NCBI GenBank assembly: GCA_040954595.2
Contig: CM082588.2
Span: forward strand, 7,080,202 to 7,144,201
Direction: 5' to 3'
Source of the DNA: Balanoglossus misakiensis
Taxonomy: Eukaryota > Animalia > Hemichordata
DNA length: 64,000 bases
Positions within the stretch are counted from its first letter, which is position 1. Every line of letters begins with the position of its first letter. A program made the position numbers and the translations under genes. Under the pieces are notes generated by a model that was given only the letters and a program-made list of their open reading frames with translations, did not search any database and had not been told where the DNA came from. This document shows positions 12,087 through 23,129 of this stretch, one piece after another.

Positions 12087-13403
12087 GAGAAAGTAATCAT
12101 GGATGAAAATTTCAGAGCATGGTTTGATGATGACCTGCCACGTGGGTGGAAAATACTCCTGCCATGTGGGTGGAAGCATGCTCCGATAGAAATTATGGAA
12201 TGTTTGGTTAAAGTAAGTGGATTACAACTTGATATAGGTAAGTAAACTAATTTGAGTTGATGGCTGGGGAAATTAATCATTCCATAATTTCTATCGGAGC
12301 ATGCTTCCACCCACATGGCAGGAGTATTTTCCACCCACGTGGCAGGTCATCATCAAACCATGCTCTGAAATTTTCATCCACAATTACTTTCCCCAGCTAT
12401 CAACTCAAATTAGTTTACTTACCTATATCAAGTTGTAATCCACTTACTTTAACCAAACATTCCATAATTTCTATCGGAGCATGCTTCCACCCACATGGCA
12501 GGAGTATTTTCCACCCACGTGGCAGGTCATCATCAAACCATGCTCTGAAATTTTCATCCATGATTACTTTCCCCAGCCATCAACTCAAATTAGTTTACTT
12601 AGGCTGCATTCACAAACACCTCTGGATGGGGGGGGGGGGGGGCGGGAGAATTCAATTTTTTACCGCTAATTTTCACATGCCCCCGTACACAACCGAAATA
12701 TTTTCAAATCCCCCCCTTCCGAACTGCCAAAATTTTGAAATCCCCCCCCCCCATTTTCTTTCACAGAGCAAAACACATCACCTAGTATCTATTCCATGAA
12801 AAGAATTCAAAACTGATGTACCCCTTCACTGAACATTGCTTTTATTTTTTAAGTATTTGTACTCTGTGTTGGGAGACATTGTAAACCGAGAATTGAAGGG
12901 GATGGGTTTGGGAGGGGGTGTCCCCTCCCACGTAAGAAAATTTTATAAAATACAGAGCTCAAAGCTGAATTTTAATGAACCCGGCAAAAGCAAATTAACT
13001 CAACTACTGGTATGTTGGGGAGGACAAATTTAACCGTCGCCGCTCAAAGTTATCATGGGGTTGGGGCAAGTCCCCTGACCTGGGACACTAGATAAACCAA
13101 TCAATGATTGAAAGGTGTTGATGAATGGAGGGGGTGGGTGTGGGAGGGGGTGTCCCCCTCCCCCATTAGAAAATGTTGTAAAATAAAGGGCGCGAAACTG
13201 CATTTTTGTGGACTCAAAATAAATATTTAGTCGTCAAAGTTTTCAAGTCCCCCCCTTACATACCCTCAATTTTTTCAAATCCCCCCCCCTCAATTCTCCT
13301 GCCCCCCCCCCCCTCCAGAGGTGTTTGTGAATGCAGCCTTACCTATATCAAGTTGTAATCCAGTTACTTTAACCAAACATTCCATAATTTCTATCGGAGC
13401 ATG
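12087..13403. repeat. 180-bp satellite-like repeat: one inverted unit (12087-12280) followed by about two direct units, the second split by a MITE
   Basis: cattccataatttctatcggagcatgc recurs at 12278, 12458 and 13378; its reverse complement is at 12176-12202. Confidence 0.9.
12602..13338. mobile_element. PIF/Harbinger-like MITE
   Basis: TIR ggctgcattcacaaacacctctgga plus G/C tracts; TTA TSD at 12599-12601 and 13339-13341. The empty site tagtttacttacctatatca is visible in the preceding repeat unit. Confidence 0.88.
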
Positions 13404-13651
13404 CCAGACACTCCTGTCACAGTACCGTAATTGATACAAAGGCAAACTGTTATATTTACTTTCCTGAGTTAATTTTCACGAAGTGTAGTAAAAAATCTAA
13501 TTATATGTGCCTCCCACACCAAAACACCGTACTTTCTCCGTATGTACACTGTAGCTGCACATGCGCTCTCGGTGGATGATAGATGACCTTGGGTCATGTC
13601 ATCAACACGCGACCTTACGTCAGCTGCCTCCCCAGGGATAAGCCTCACCAC

Positions 13652-15349
13652 TATGGGGTGCCATGTGTTAACTTATTATTTAGCTAAATTATTTGTTCAA
13701 AAGTCGTTATTTAACATACTTATATGTATATAATTATAGATTTGCAAACCATTTAAGTCCTGACAATTTATTTATAAATAATTTCAAGTCGATTCAATTA
13801 TATACATAAAATGTATTTTATGCTCTTTTATTTATATATCATAAATTATTTATAAACAATGTCAGTGTCAGTCTATTATATATATATCATGAGTGATGTA
13901 CATAATTATTTATATTTAATTAATTATTTATAAATAAATTTTTTTTAAGTGTATTATATATATATCATGAGTGATTTATAAATAATTTAAGTGCAAGTCT
14001 ATTATATATATATCATGAGTGATTTAATTTATATAATGAATTATATATAAATAAGTGATTTCTAAACCATGAAAAAATGCACTCGCGCCGTTTGTCAACT
14101 TATTATTTAACGCAAACTCATTATTTAACGCAAACTCATTATTTAAGGCCTGTTCACACAACCCCTTGCATTTGGATCATTACGCACACATATAGTCCCC
14201 ACACGTGAACAAGAAATGCACATTACGTGCGGTCATTTCATTTTTTATTATACTCCTTTCAAAGGTTAGATGAAACACCGAAAAAGGTATCAACTAGTTA
14301 GTGATTTTAGCCCGTGATTGCAATGTTTGATTGAAACGCGAAAAGCTGATCGATAGCTCTATACATTGTGGTCTCCGAGGTCAAAGGTTGGCCGGTCATG
14401 GCGATACCATTATTAAAATAGGGGCCAGTCATCAAAACGTAAGTAAGCCAAAAAAATACAGGTCAGATAAATTGTTTTCTCGTAAATTCAACATTAGAAT
14501 CAAATTTGGCGTTGGAAACAAACGGCGGGTCGCCAGTTCCTGGTCTGGAGGCTGGTAGAGTCACGTCTTGAAGACTGGCCCCTATTTTAATAATGGCATT
14601 GTCATGACCGGCCAACCTTTGACCTCGGAGACCACAATGTAGAGCTATCGATCAGCTTTTCGCGTTTCAATCAAACATTGCAATCACGGGCTAAAATCAC
14701 TAACTAGTTGATACCTTTTTCAGTGTTTCATCTAACCTTTGAAAGGAGTATAATAAAAAATGAAATGACCGCACGTAATGTGCATTTCTTGTTCACGTGT
14801 GGGGACTATATGTGTGCGTAATGATCCAAATGCAAGGGGTTGTGTGAACAGGCCTTAAATAATGAGTTTGCGTTAAATAATGAGTTTGCGTTAAATAATA
14901 AGTTGACAAACGGCGCGAGTGCATTTTTTCATGGTTTAGAAATCACTTATTTATATATAATTCATTATATAAATTAAATCACTCATGATATATATATAAT
15001 AGACTTGCACTTAATTTATTTATAAATCACTCATGATATATATATAATACACTTTAAAAAAATTTATTTATAAATAATTAATTAAATATAAATAATTATG
15101 TACATCACTCATGATATATATATAATAGACTGACACTGACATTGTTTATAAATAATTTATTATATATAAATAAAAGAGCATAAAATACATTTTATGTATA
15201 TAATTGAATCGACTTGAAATTATTTATAAATAAATTGTCAGGACTTAAATGGTTTGCAAATCTATAATTATATACATATAAGTATGTTAAATAACGACTT
15301 TTGAACATATAATTTAGCTAAATAATAAGTTAACACATGGCACCCCATA
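13652..15349. mobile_element. 1.7-kb foldback element with TAT..ATA termini and 6-bp TSD (IS3EU-like), copy 1
   Basis: Near-perfect inverted arms of about 780 bp starting tatggggtgccatgtgttaac, around a spacer of about 135 bp. TSD caccac at 13646-13651 and 15350-15355. Confidence 0.9.
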
Positions 15350-15799
15350 CACCACTGCCCACATGGTAGCTGGGCAGGAACTCTTCGACTCGCGCACTTA
15401 CCCTATCCCTTTTCTGGAGAGCATCGGAAGAAGCAAAGGCGTCTGGGTAACCGAGACTACCATTGATTATAAATCTGTCGCCATCAAACACAAGCAAATA
15501 AAGCACGAGTTGTTGTACGCCCCCTAGTGTTAAAATATGTAAAATGCTGAGTGCATAATGAGCGCATGTCAGTACTACATGTACCACTGATTGGCATTTG
15601 TCCCTACAAGATACAATGTACACGCATGCAAGAAAGTTTAGCAGTCGCAGTACGCGCATATCGCCTATGTCTATCATGCGTGGGACTACTGATAAACTGC
15701 AATTTTAACAAATTTCGCCAAACGGGAGCGCGTTTCATTCCATTCCATTTATTGACCACAGATGTTGTGAAACATTGTAAAATTTTACTAGTGCATAAT

Positions 15800-16238
15800 G
15801 AACACCTATTGCCTGGCCATGAGGGCCATAGCGGCCGTTTATTACACCCGAGGGGCTGTGAGTTACCAGAATCATAATGCTATTTCCCGAGGCAGCAGGC
15901 CGAGGGAAATAGCATATGATTCTGGTAACTCACAGTCACGAGGGGGTAAAAATGGCTGCTATGGCCCGAATATAGGCCAGGCTATAGGTGTTTTATAATA
16001 AACCTCATGCTAACAGCTGGGAAAATCTTGCAATTTTCTCTTGAGGCTGGCAGACGACATCTTTAGCGTGGCCATGTCTCAGACGACGCGACGCTGATTG
16101 ACGTTACCACGTTGGTCACGTGACCAGTTTATATTTTTTCTGCTATTTCCCTAGCGGTTCATAGTCGATTCTATTTTCCTATCACGTGACGGATTCTGGC
16201 GAATCACGGCACAGTATTAGCATGAGGTATATTATAAT
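15800..16238 (+). mobile_element. Crypton-like non-autonomous element (internal hairpins, ccgagg..ggccgagg core); second copy inverted at 42061-43230
   Basis: Two homologous copies with AT-rich ends and no consistent TSD. Crypton assignment is inferred from the hairpin motif. Confidence 0.6.
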
Positions 16239-16345
16239 AAAATATAAAGTGCATTGTTCTTTTGATCAAGCCCATAACTGAAGCAGTGTATCCAGTTCAA
16301 CTCCATATACGCACTCGCTATCGCTCGTGCGTATATGTCGTGAAC

Positions 16346-17128
16346 GGCTAGTTATACTTTGCGAAACAACGAAACAGCGAAACGAAACAGCGAAACGACG
16401 AAACCATTATTAAAATAGGGGCCAGTCATCAAGACGGTGGCGTATGATTTTTTTTAAAGTTTCCAAATTAAAACGTAAGCGAGCCAAGAAAACTACAGGT
16501 CAGATAAATTGTTTTCTCGGAAATTCAACATTAGAATTTGGCGTTGGAAACAAACGGCGGGTCGCCAGTTCCTGGTCTGCGGCCTGGTACTATGAAGTGG
16601 TAGAGTCGATGTCGTGTGCGCGCAAAAGATTCATGCCAAACTGCTACATATACACAGTGAATATACGCGCGCGCACAACGAAACCACAACAGATCGAAAC
16701 CTCAAAATGCGGCAGAAACTGACACTATTTCCTTAAATACCACAAGGCGGGGAGGCATGAATTGCAATTAAGATAATAAAGAAATTTCGACAATGATACT
16801 GTGTTGTGTGAGTTACATGTGTTTCTATATATAACTACTACTCTTACCCCCCATCAGTGTTTGACCCTCGAAAGCTTACGGACACTACTGCTTTGTTTCA
16901 ACTAATCCTTAGCCCTGTGAATATACTCGTACATTGACCTTTTGGGGCGGGATTCTTTTTTGGCGTGCAACCACTAGTACCAGGCCGCAGACCAGGAACT
17001 TATTTGGAAACTTTTAAAATAATAATACGCCACCGTCTTGATGACTGGCCCCTATTTTATAATGTAATGGTTTCGTCGTTTCGCTGTTTCGTTTCGCTGT
17101 TTCGTTGTTTCGCAAAGTATAACTAGCC
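16346..17128. mobile_element. MITE with GG..CC termini and 9-bp TSD (Mutator- or Merlin-like)
   Basis: TIR ggctagttatactttgcgaaacaacgaaacagcgaaac...; TSD gtcgtgaac at 16337-16345 and 17129-17137. Confidence 0.85.
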
Positions 17129-18144
17129 GTCGTGAACTGGTCAAAATCTCGTGGTATACCATGGCTGGGGCTATTTTTAACACTCAGATTGCGCCCGTGG
17201 TGACCCACAGTATGCCAGAAAGTGCGCCCGTGGCTTCAGTTTTGGGGACATTGTCGCAAGGGCGCACTCTGGCTGCAACATATATGTTGCAGCCAGAGTC
17301 CCCAAAACTGAAGCCACGGGCGCACTTTCTGGCATACTGCGGGTCACCACGGGCGCACTCTGAGTGTTAAAAATAGCCCCAGCCATGGTATACCACGAGA
17401 TTTTGACCAGTTCACGACATATACGCACGAGCGATAGCGAGTGCGTATATGGAGTTTAACTGGATACACTGCTTCATGTGCTTGATCAAAAGAACAATGC
17501 ACTTTACATTTTATTATGCACTAGTAAAATTTTACAATGACTGATGGTGCCCTTCACGCCACTGTTGATATGATTGACGCGGGCACCGGTCAATCAATAG
17601 TGGCGTGAAGAGCTCCCTACTTACTCTCCGACCTGCACAGATAACGGACGTATGAGATCATGAGATGGATAATGTAACTTTAACAAGCACCCCTTAACCA
17701 GCTAACTATTGATTGTGTCTCCATTGCGCATGTCTTTTTACCTCAGAATGTGCACATATTAAAATTTTGAAAGAGGTGACAATCTCCGATCTTCTGGCAC
17801 TGTATGGAAAACACATGCAGAATACACTCTGGACTTGTCATGCTACGTCAGTCAGCTGCAGCCTCAGGTGTAGCTGCTCGAGGATTTGGCAGTGTGAGTC
17901 TAGTATGGCAAACAACAATCATGTCAACGAACAGGTCGGTATATAGTTCGTGTGGCGAATATTTAGGGAGTGTCAGTCGTCATAATTATTTACGGCCAAC
18001 GTTTATGAAAATCAGGTTTTATATTTTCAAAATCTCTGTTCTCTTTCTTGTTTTGCTAAAATCCCGGCGGAATGTTATTCGGATGCCCGTGTTCTAACTA
18101 AGCGCTGTCAACTACGGTGCGACCTGTAGTCAAACCCTAAATTC

Positions 18145-18216
18145 TAGCTCTGCGTGGCAGGGCTGTTTGTCTTACAGCGATGCTTCCACACCACACAGCC
18201 CTGCCACGCAGAGCTA
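18145..18216. mobile_element. 72-bp miniature element, TAG..CTA termini, 9-bp TSD (AcademH-like)
   Basis: 22-bp TIR tagctctgcgtggcagggctgt; TSD cctaaattc at 18136-18144 and 18217-18225. Confidence 0.85.
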
Positions 18217-21200
18217 CCTAAATTCCAACCATAACCTCTATTTAAGTCTGTGGAGAACTACAGTAGTAAGTAGTACCAGTATGTGTTGGCTGCAATTGTA
18301 GCCTTGATGGGCGGCTGGTTGCAAGTATGTACATGTACCTCTCCGCTATGGATTGCCTGATTAAAACAAAACTAGGTAGAAAAGCCGAAATGAAATTAAA
18401 ATCTACTATTAGTAACCAGTGTTATCTGTTTTGGCTTTACAGCTATTTCAAAGTATCAACTGGTGCTGCAAGCTGGAGCCTATTAACTATGCCCGTCACG
18501 TCGAGGTCATTTAAATAGGGATTGCAACTTCAGCATGAGTGCGGTATGCAGCTTTTTTCATGGGAGTTTAAACACAGGTGTGGAGTTAAGGTATGTGTAA
18601 AGCCTATTATTAAAGGTCGGCACAATTACTGTGTGCTGGGGGTTCCTTATTACGCACGCACAAGGGTCAGTGTAGTATATGTTGGTAGGACAATTTCAGT
18701 TGAGTCGCTAGTTGTTCAGGTGAGTTCTAGCTGTTTCTTTAATTATTGTTCCCACAGTTTATGCGGAAAATGCTGCAAATTTATCCGAATCATTTGAGCA
18801 ATATACTAGTATGTTTGAATTTTTTTTTCTGAATTATGTTTTAATGTCTGTCAGATTTGTTTAAATTCAGAAATCTGATTTCCACACGTCATGTGTATGG
18901 AAATATATACGAAGCAGCCTGACAACTTCTGAAAACTTCAAAAGTGCTATTTTCTGTTAAATCATTACTTATTTACTTTTTCGACCAACATTTGCATTGT
19001 CTGCTTTGCACTGACAATTTCGAAAGAATGTATTGAAAGTACATTTTATGTCAGATTCAAAAGAAATGTGTTGAAGAAGTCATTACTGAATGTATGTTTA
19101 AGAATTCTGAGTAAAAACTCCTGAAATGTCTGAAATTTTATGCAAGATCAATTAACATATTCATCTATGACAAGTTCATCGACAACAAGTTCAAATTTGT
19201 ACTGAAATTATCTCATTTTTAATAAAATACAATGCAATTCTTAGTCTTCTATTTTTACAGTGCAGTTATTGCACATTGTTGTTAAAAGTACTTGATATTT
19301 GTGTTGGTGAAAATGCATAAATAAATTAATGTTAGGCTATACTTGTATGTTTTTGAAAATTCATAGAATTTCTTTCTAGAAGCAAAAGGTACTGTCAGAA
19401 AGTACAAATGGTGAAATGTGAAACGGATGAGTAAATACATAAATTATGAAAATGTTGTTACAGGTTAGTTAAGATTTATGAGGGAAGTGATTGTAACAAA
19501 ATTTGCATAATTTATGTATTAGTCTGCACGATAACCCCTGGATTAGGGCATGTCTGGTACCAGTGATTTGATTGGCTGTTATCGAGTTATTGGCATGTTC
19601 GTCATCGTCGGACAAACCATTTTTTACATGGGTAGGCACAAATTTTCACGCATTAAGATCAATTATTTTTTTTACATTGCGTGAACAGTTTCTATCATAA
19701 ATTGATATTTTTGTAAACTTTATACGCAAACTAAATATTTTCGCAATGGTTTGCGAACGCTGACAACCTCTGTACGCATACCAACCATGTGCTTAATTTT
19801 GCCTACCCTACACACAAATGGTTTACACTTCCGCCAAATTCATGTCAACACGAAGCGATGAAGTATGCGCGAAGTGTGACAATTTCAAGGACTCTTGTCC
19901 TCGCACTGACCCACTTTCTGTTATACTTGGAACATCTGAAACTTTTTCTGATTTTTTGTTCTTCTATTTGGCGTGGTCTTGCCATGAAATGAAAGAAATG
20001 ACTGTGAACCAGATTTGAATAGGTTACTCAAATAACCACTCAATGCATGCATACATACTGAATTTTTAAAACATGTAATTTTTATCCTAAATACTATGGT
20101 TTACATGGAACACCATAGATATGACACCAAGCGAATTATCTATCGAAACTAATTAACTCTCCAATGAAGAAAAACGAATGGAGAGAAAAAAACGCTAGCC
20201 TAGACAAAAAATGTCTACTTTGTAACCGCGCGCACTTGTCGATCGATCGTATACAACAGCGGCTGTGGACCCGGTTCTGGAGGCTCAGATGAAAAACATG
20301 GCCCAAACAAGCAGAGTTATGACTGATCTGTGATTAAAAACATGCATTGCCATACGTTTACCTCTAAATTCAACCCGAACTAAAGTACAATTAGCCATGA
20401 ATTAGCTAAGAACACCGAGGAGATACTTCCGTATTAGTCTGCCTCACATGAATGAGCAAATGATCTACCGTAGACAGACGCTCATTATGCATGACCTGCC
20501 ACTTTTAACTAATAGACGCAGCTCTATGGTATCACATGACATTATTATTGAGTTGATCTGCACACGTGAGAATTTCCCACCATGTCACCATTTTTTACCA
20601 TATTGGGGCATATCTGTCAACGCAAAACATTATGGGGAGTGACAAATGACATGCTGCATTCAAGAAAATAAAACTGGATTGGACAATGCGGCGCTAAATG
20701 CTCACATGACTGAAATCCGGCGTGTGTCAATCAATGGTTTTTTATGGATGTCTTCAAACTCACGCGTTCCAAAACAAAATCTGGGTAGGCGGTAAACCGA
20801 GAGTGTTGCATTTTGAAGCTGAAAGATCCCTGGAGTAAACCATGTGTCGGTGTAGGGGTTTGCACTCTCCTAATGGCTCAAACGTTCGAACAAAATGGAC
20901 TCGAAAATAATAGCATTTTCTATATTTTTCCTCATATTTATATTATCCTACGGGCACATCTTAGCATTTGACTGCACATTTGACTATTTTGGAATGAAAG
21001 GTAATATCAGAAGGGCATATTTTTCATACAAGATTGCCGATATGATTTTTAGACCAAAAAGTACAACATATCAAAGAGATGCCTGTAAATCCCCTGGAAA
21101 ATGCACCCTCTATTTGGTCACGCGCTGAGGAATCCTACGGAACCGGCAGCATCATAGGACCCGCTTACCGGGACAGTCCATGACTTCCCGAACACGATAG

Positions 21201-22407
21201 TAGCAGCCTTTTTTGCACAGAGTTGACGCCAAGACCAAGATTTTGCCCTAAAATTGACAAAATATTCGGATTTTGCCCAATACCGACTAACGTAAATTGG
21301 CTACATTTCTGCCGACAGCAAGCGCGCTCAGAGAACCCAGTTGGCCTGATTTTCGTTTATTTACATCTGAGGTACGTTTAATCCACATAAATCGGCAATC
21401 CCGTCTTTAGACCAAAAAGTACAAATGTTGAAAGTCGAGTATGCTTCAAATTAAGGAATTTTAGCAACCTTAATTCAGAGTAAAAAAAATATGTTTTGAA
21501 AAATGTATATTTAACAACAAATTACTGTACAACGTTCGTCAGACATGCAGTCGACACCTCCCATCCTCATAATAGTAAAGTCATTCTCTAGTTTACGAGA
21601 AAACCGCAACTTAAATTCTCCAATGTCGCTGGCTTTTGTTTACTTTCAATTACGCGCATGGATAACGTCTCTGTTGCGGATATTACCCGGCATTCATAGG
21701 TACCGGAAGTTGGGGCTATCTTGCAGACTGTACACCAAACACAAATTTGACATGAAACACTGTTTATACTTTTTCAAGTGTTTTATTGTCACCCAAAAGT
21801 TACTACTTGACATATTGCTTTTTGAATTAGTTTGCAAGTTTTTTGGGTATATTTCGTGTTGTGTTTTTCATTTTGAGCTGATATCTGGAATTTTCTCTTA
21901 TTGCCAAATTTGCTGCCTCTCTCTGAATTGAAAGTATCTGTGTACACACACTGTCATTGTGTCTTGAATGTTCATGTACAGACTCAGTGTGGTCATAGAT
22001 TTGTTGAAGATATTCTCAAAATGACAAGGGGACACCCACGCGGCGCGACAACCCCTTCCCTTGCGTGCTAGAGTAGGCACCTCATTCATATTACACTGTA
22101 GCCCCACTCCCCAACACAAACCAGCATAGGAGTGGTACCCCAGTAGAGCTATGGACCCATAAGTAGGTAGACAGGTGCTTGTTGTGCATACTGTTTAGTA
22201 GATCATGTTCCTTGGAATTAATATTTGACTATCAATTGTTTATGTGTTTCATGTCATTGTTTTCAACCAGTGGAATGGGTGTGTCAGTGCTGCAAAAGCT
22301 TGCAAAAATGTACATATTCTGCAATCCATCAATCTTGCAGCTTTTATGAAACATTGCATACTTATGTTTATTTTCAAGTGTACATGTGAGACCGCCCTAA
22401 TCTTAAG

Positions 22408-23129
22408 ATGGCAAGCAAAGCACACAGGTGTGTTGAAGACAATATGAATGTTGGCACAAATGAAGTGTACTTGAGTCATTTTTGGATACATGTTCTGAAG
22501 TTGTGTCACCAAATCACAGAAGGTAAGACAAATTGAACATGAAGATAATCTCTATAATCCATACGATAATTTCTTACCAACATGAAGTTTAAGAAGAAAT
22601 AATGATGAATTCATTGAGAGTATCAATATTTATATATAAATAAATTAAAATTCCCTGGAATTTTAACTTCTTGGAGAAATACCGGTACCATAGATGCCTG
22701 TATTATGTTTTTGATAATGGAATAGAATATGTTTGTGATGAATGTACCATCTATCTCATTAATACTTTCTTTTCCTTCTCGTACCTAGTGCAATTTGATC
22801 AGATGATATTCCTGTGTACTGTTGGTGATAAGCCTATCCTGTCATACCATCAGTGTCAGAACCTACGCTATCCATGGGATTTATTCAAGGCCCTGTATGA
22901 TATGGGGCACTTCAGTGAAACTGACAGACAACTTGGTATAGAGCTACTGCAGTATGTCAATCTCAATGTTCTGGCAGATAAACTTGTGAAGTGGCCTCAG
23001 CATCATTCAAAGGTACAAAAAGTTAAATACATTAGAAAGTCGATCATGCAAACAACCTCTTGGGGAACAGGGATTTTGTTCAGATATGTAAACAGTTTCA
23101 CTCATTGGTTTGTCAATCAGATGGACTGA
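22408..23129 (+). CDS. Small death-effector-domain (DED)-like protein, two coding exons, about 151 aa
   Basis: Exon 22408-22522 (aagATGG; MASKAHRCVEDNMNVGTNEVYLSHFWIHVLKLCHQITE, donor gtaaga) joins in phase 1 to 22789-23129 (VQFDQMIFLCTVGDKPILSYHQCQNLRYPWDLFKALYDMGHFSETDRQLGIELLQYVNLNVLADKL...). The pattern FLC..DLF..L...G..S......ELL resembles the DED fold. AATAAA near 23257. Confidence 0.65.

Larger units (their letters stand above)
9536..15459. mobile_element. 5.9-kb non-autonomous DNA transposon with TAG..CTA termini and 9-bp TSD (AcademH-like), carrying nested insertions
   Basis: TIR tagtctcggttacccagacgcctttgcttcttccgatgctct..ccagaaaaggg at 9536 and its reverse complement ending at 15459. 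TSD ccattgatt at 9527-9535 and 15460-15468. Internal palindrome with arms of about 105 bp at 9609-9966. Confidence 0.85.
15773..17539. mobile_element. Palindromic element centred on gcaacatatatgttgc (about 17275-17290), interrupted in its left arm by two younger insertions
   Basis: cattgtaaaattttactagtgcataat / attatgcactagtaaaattttacaatg mark the ends. After removing 15800-16238 and 16346-17137 the remainder is an almost perfect palindrome. Confidence 0.8.

Noticed and set aside
12257-12799. 180-aa ORF with an internal repeat
   Set aside because: Product of the 180-bp tandem repeat plus MITE sequence; no coding signal.
18480-21480. Possible large DNA element ending in aaccttaa near 21473
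   Set aside because: I could not find a matching left terminus, TSD or coding remnant.
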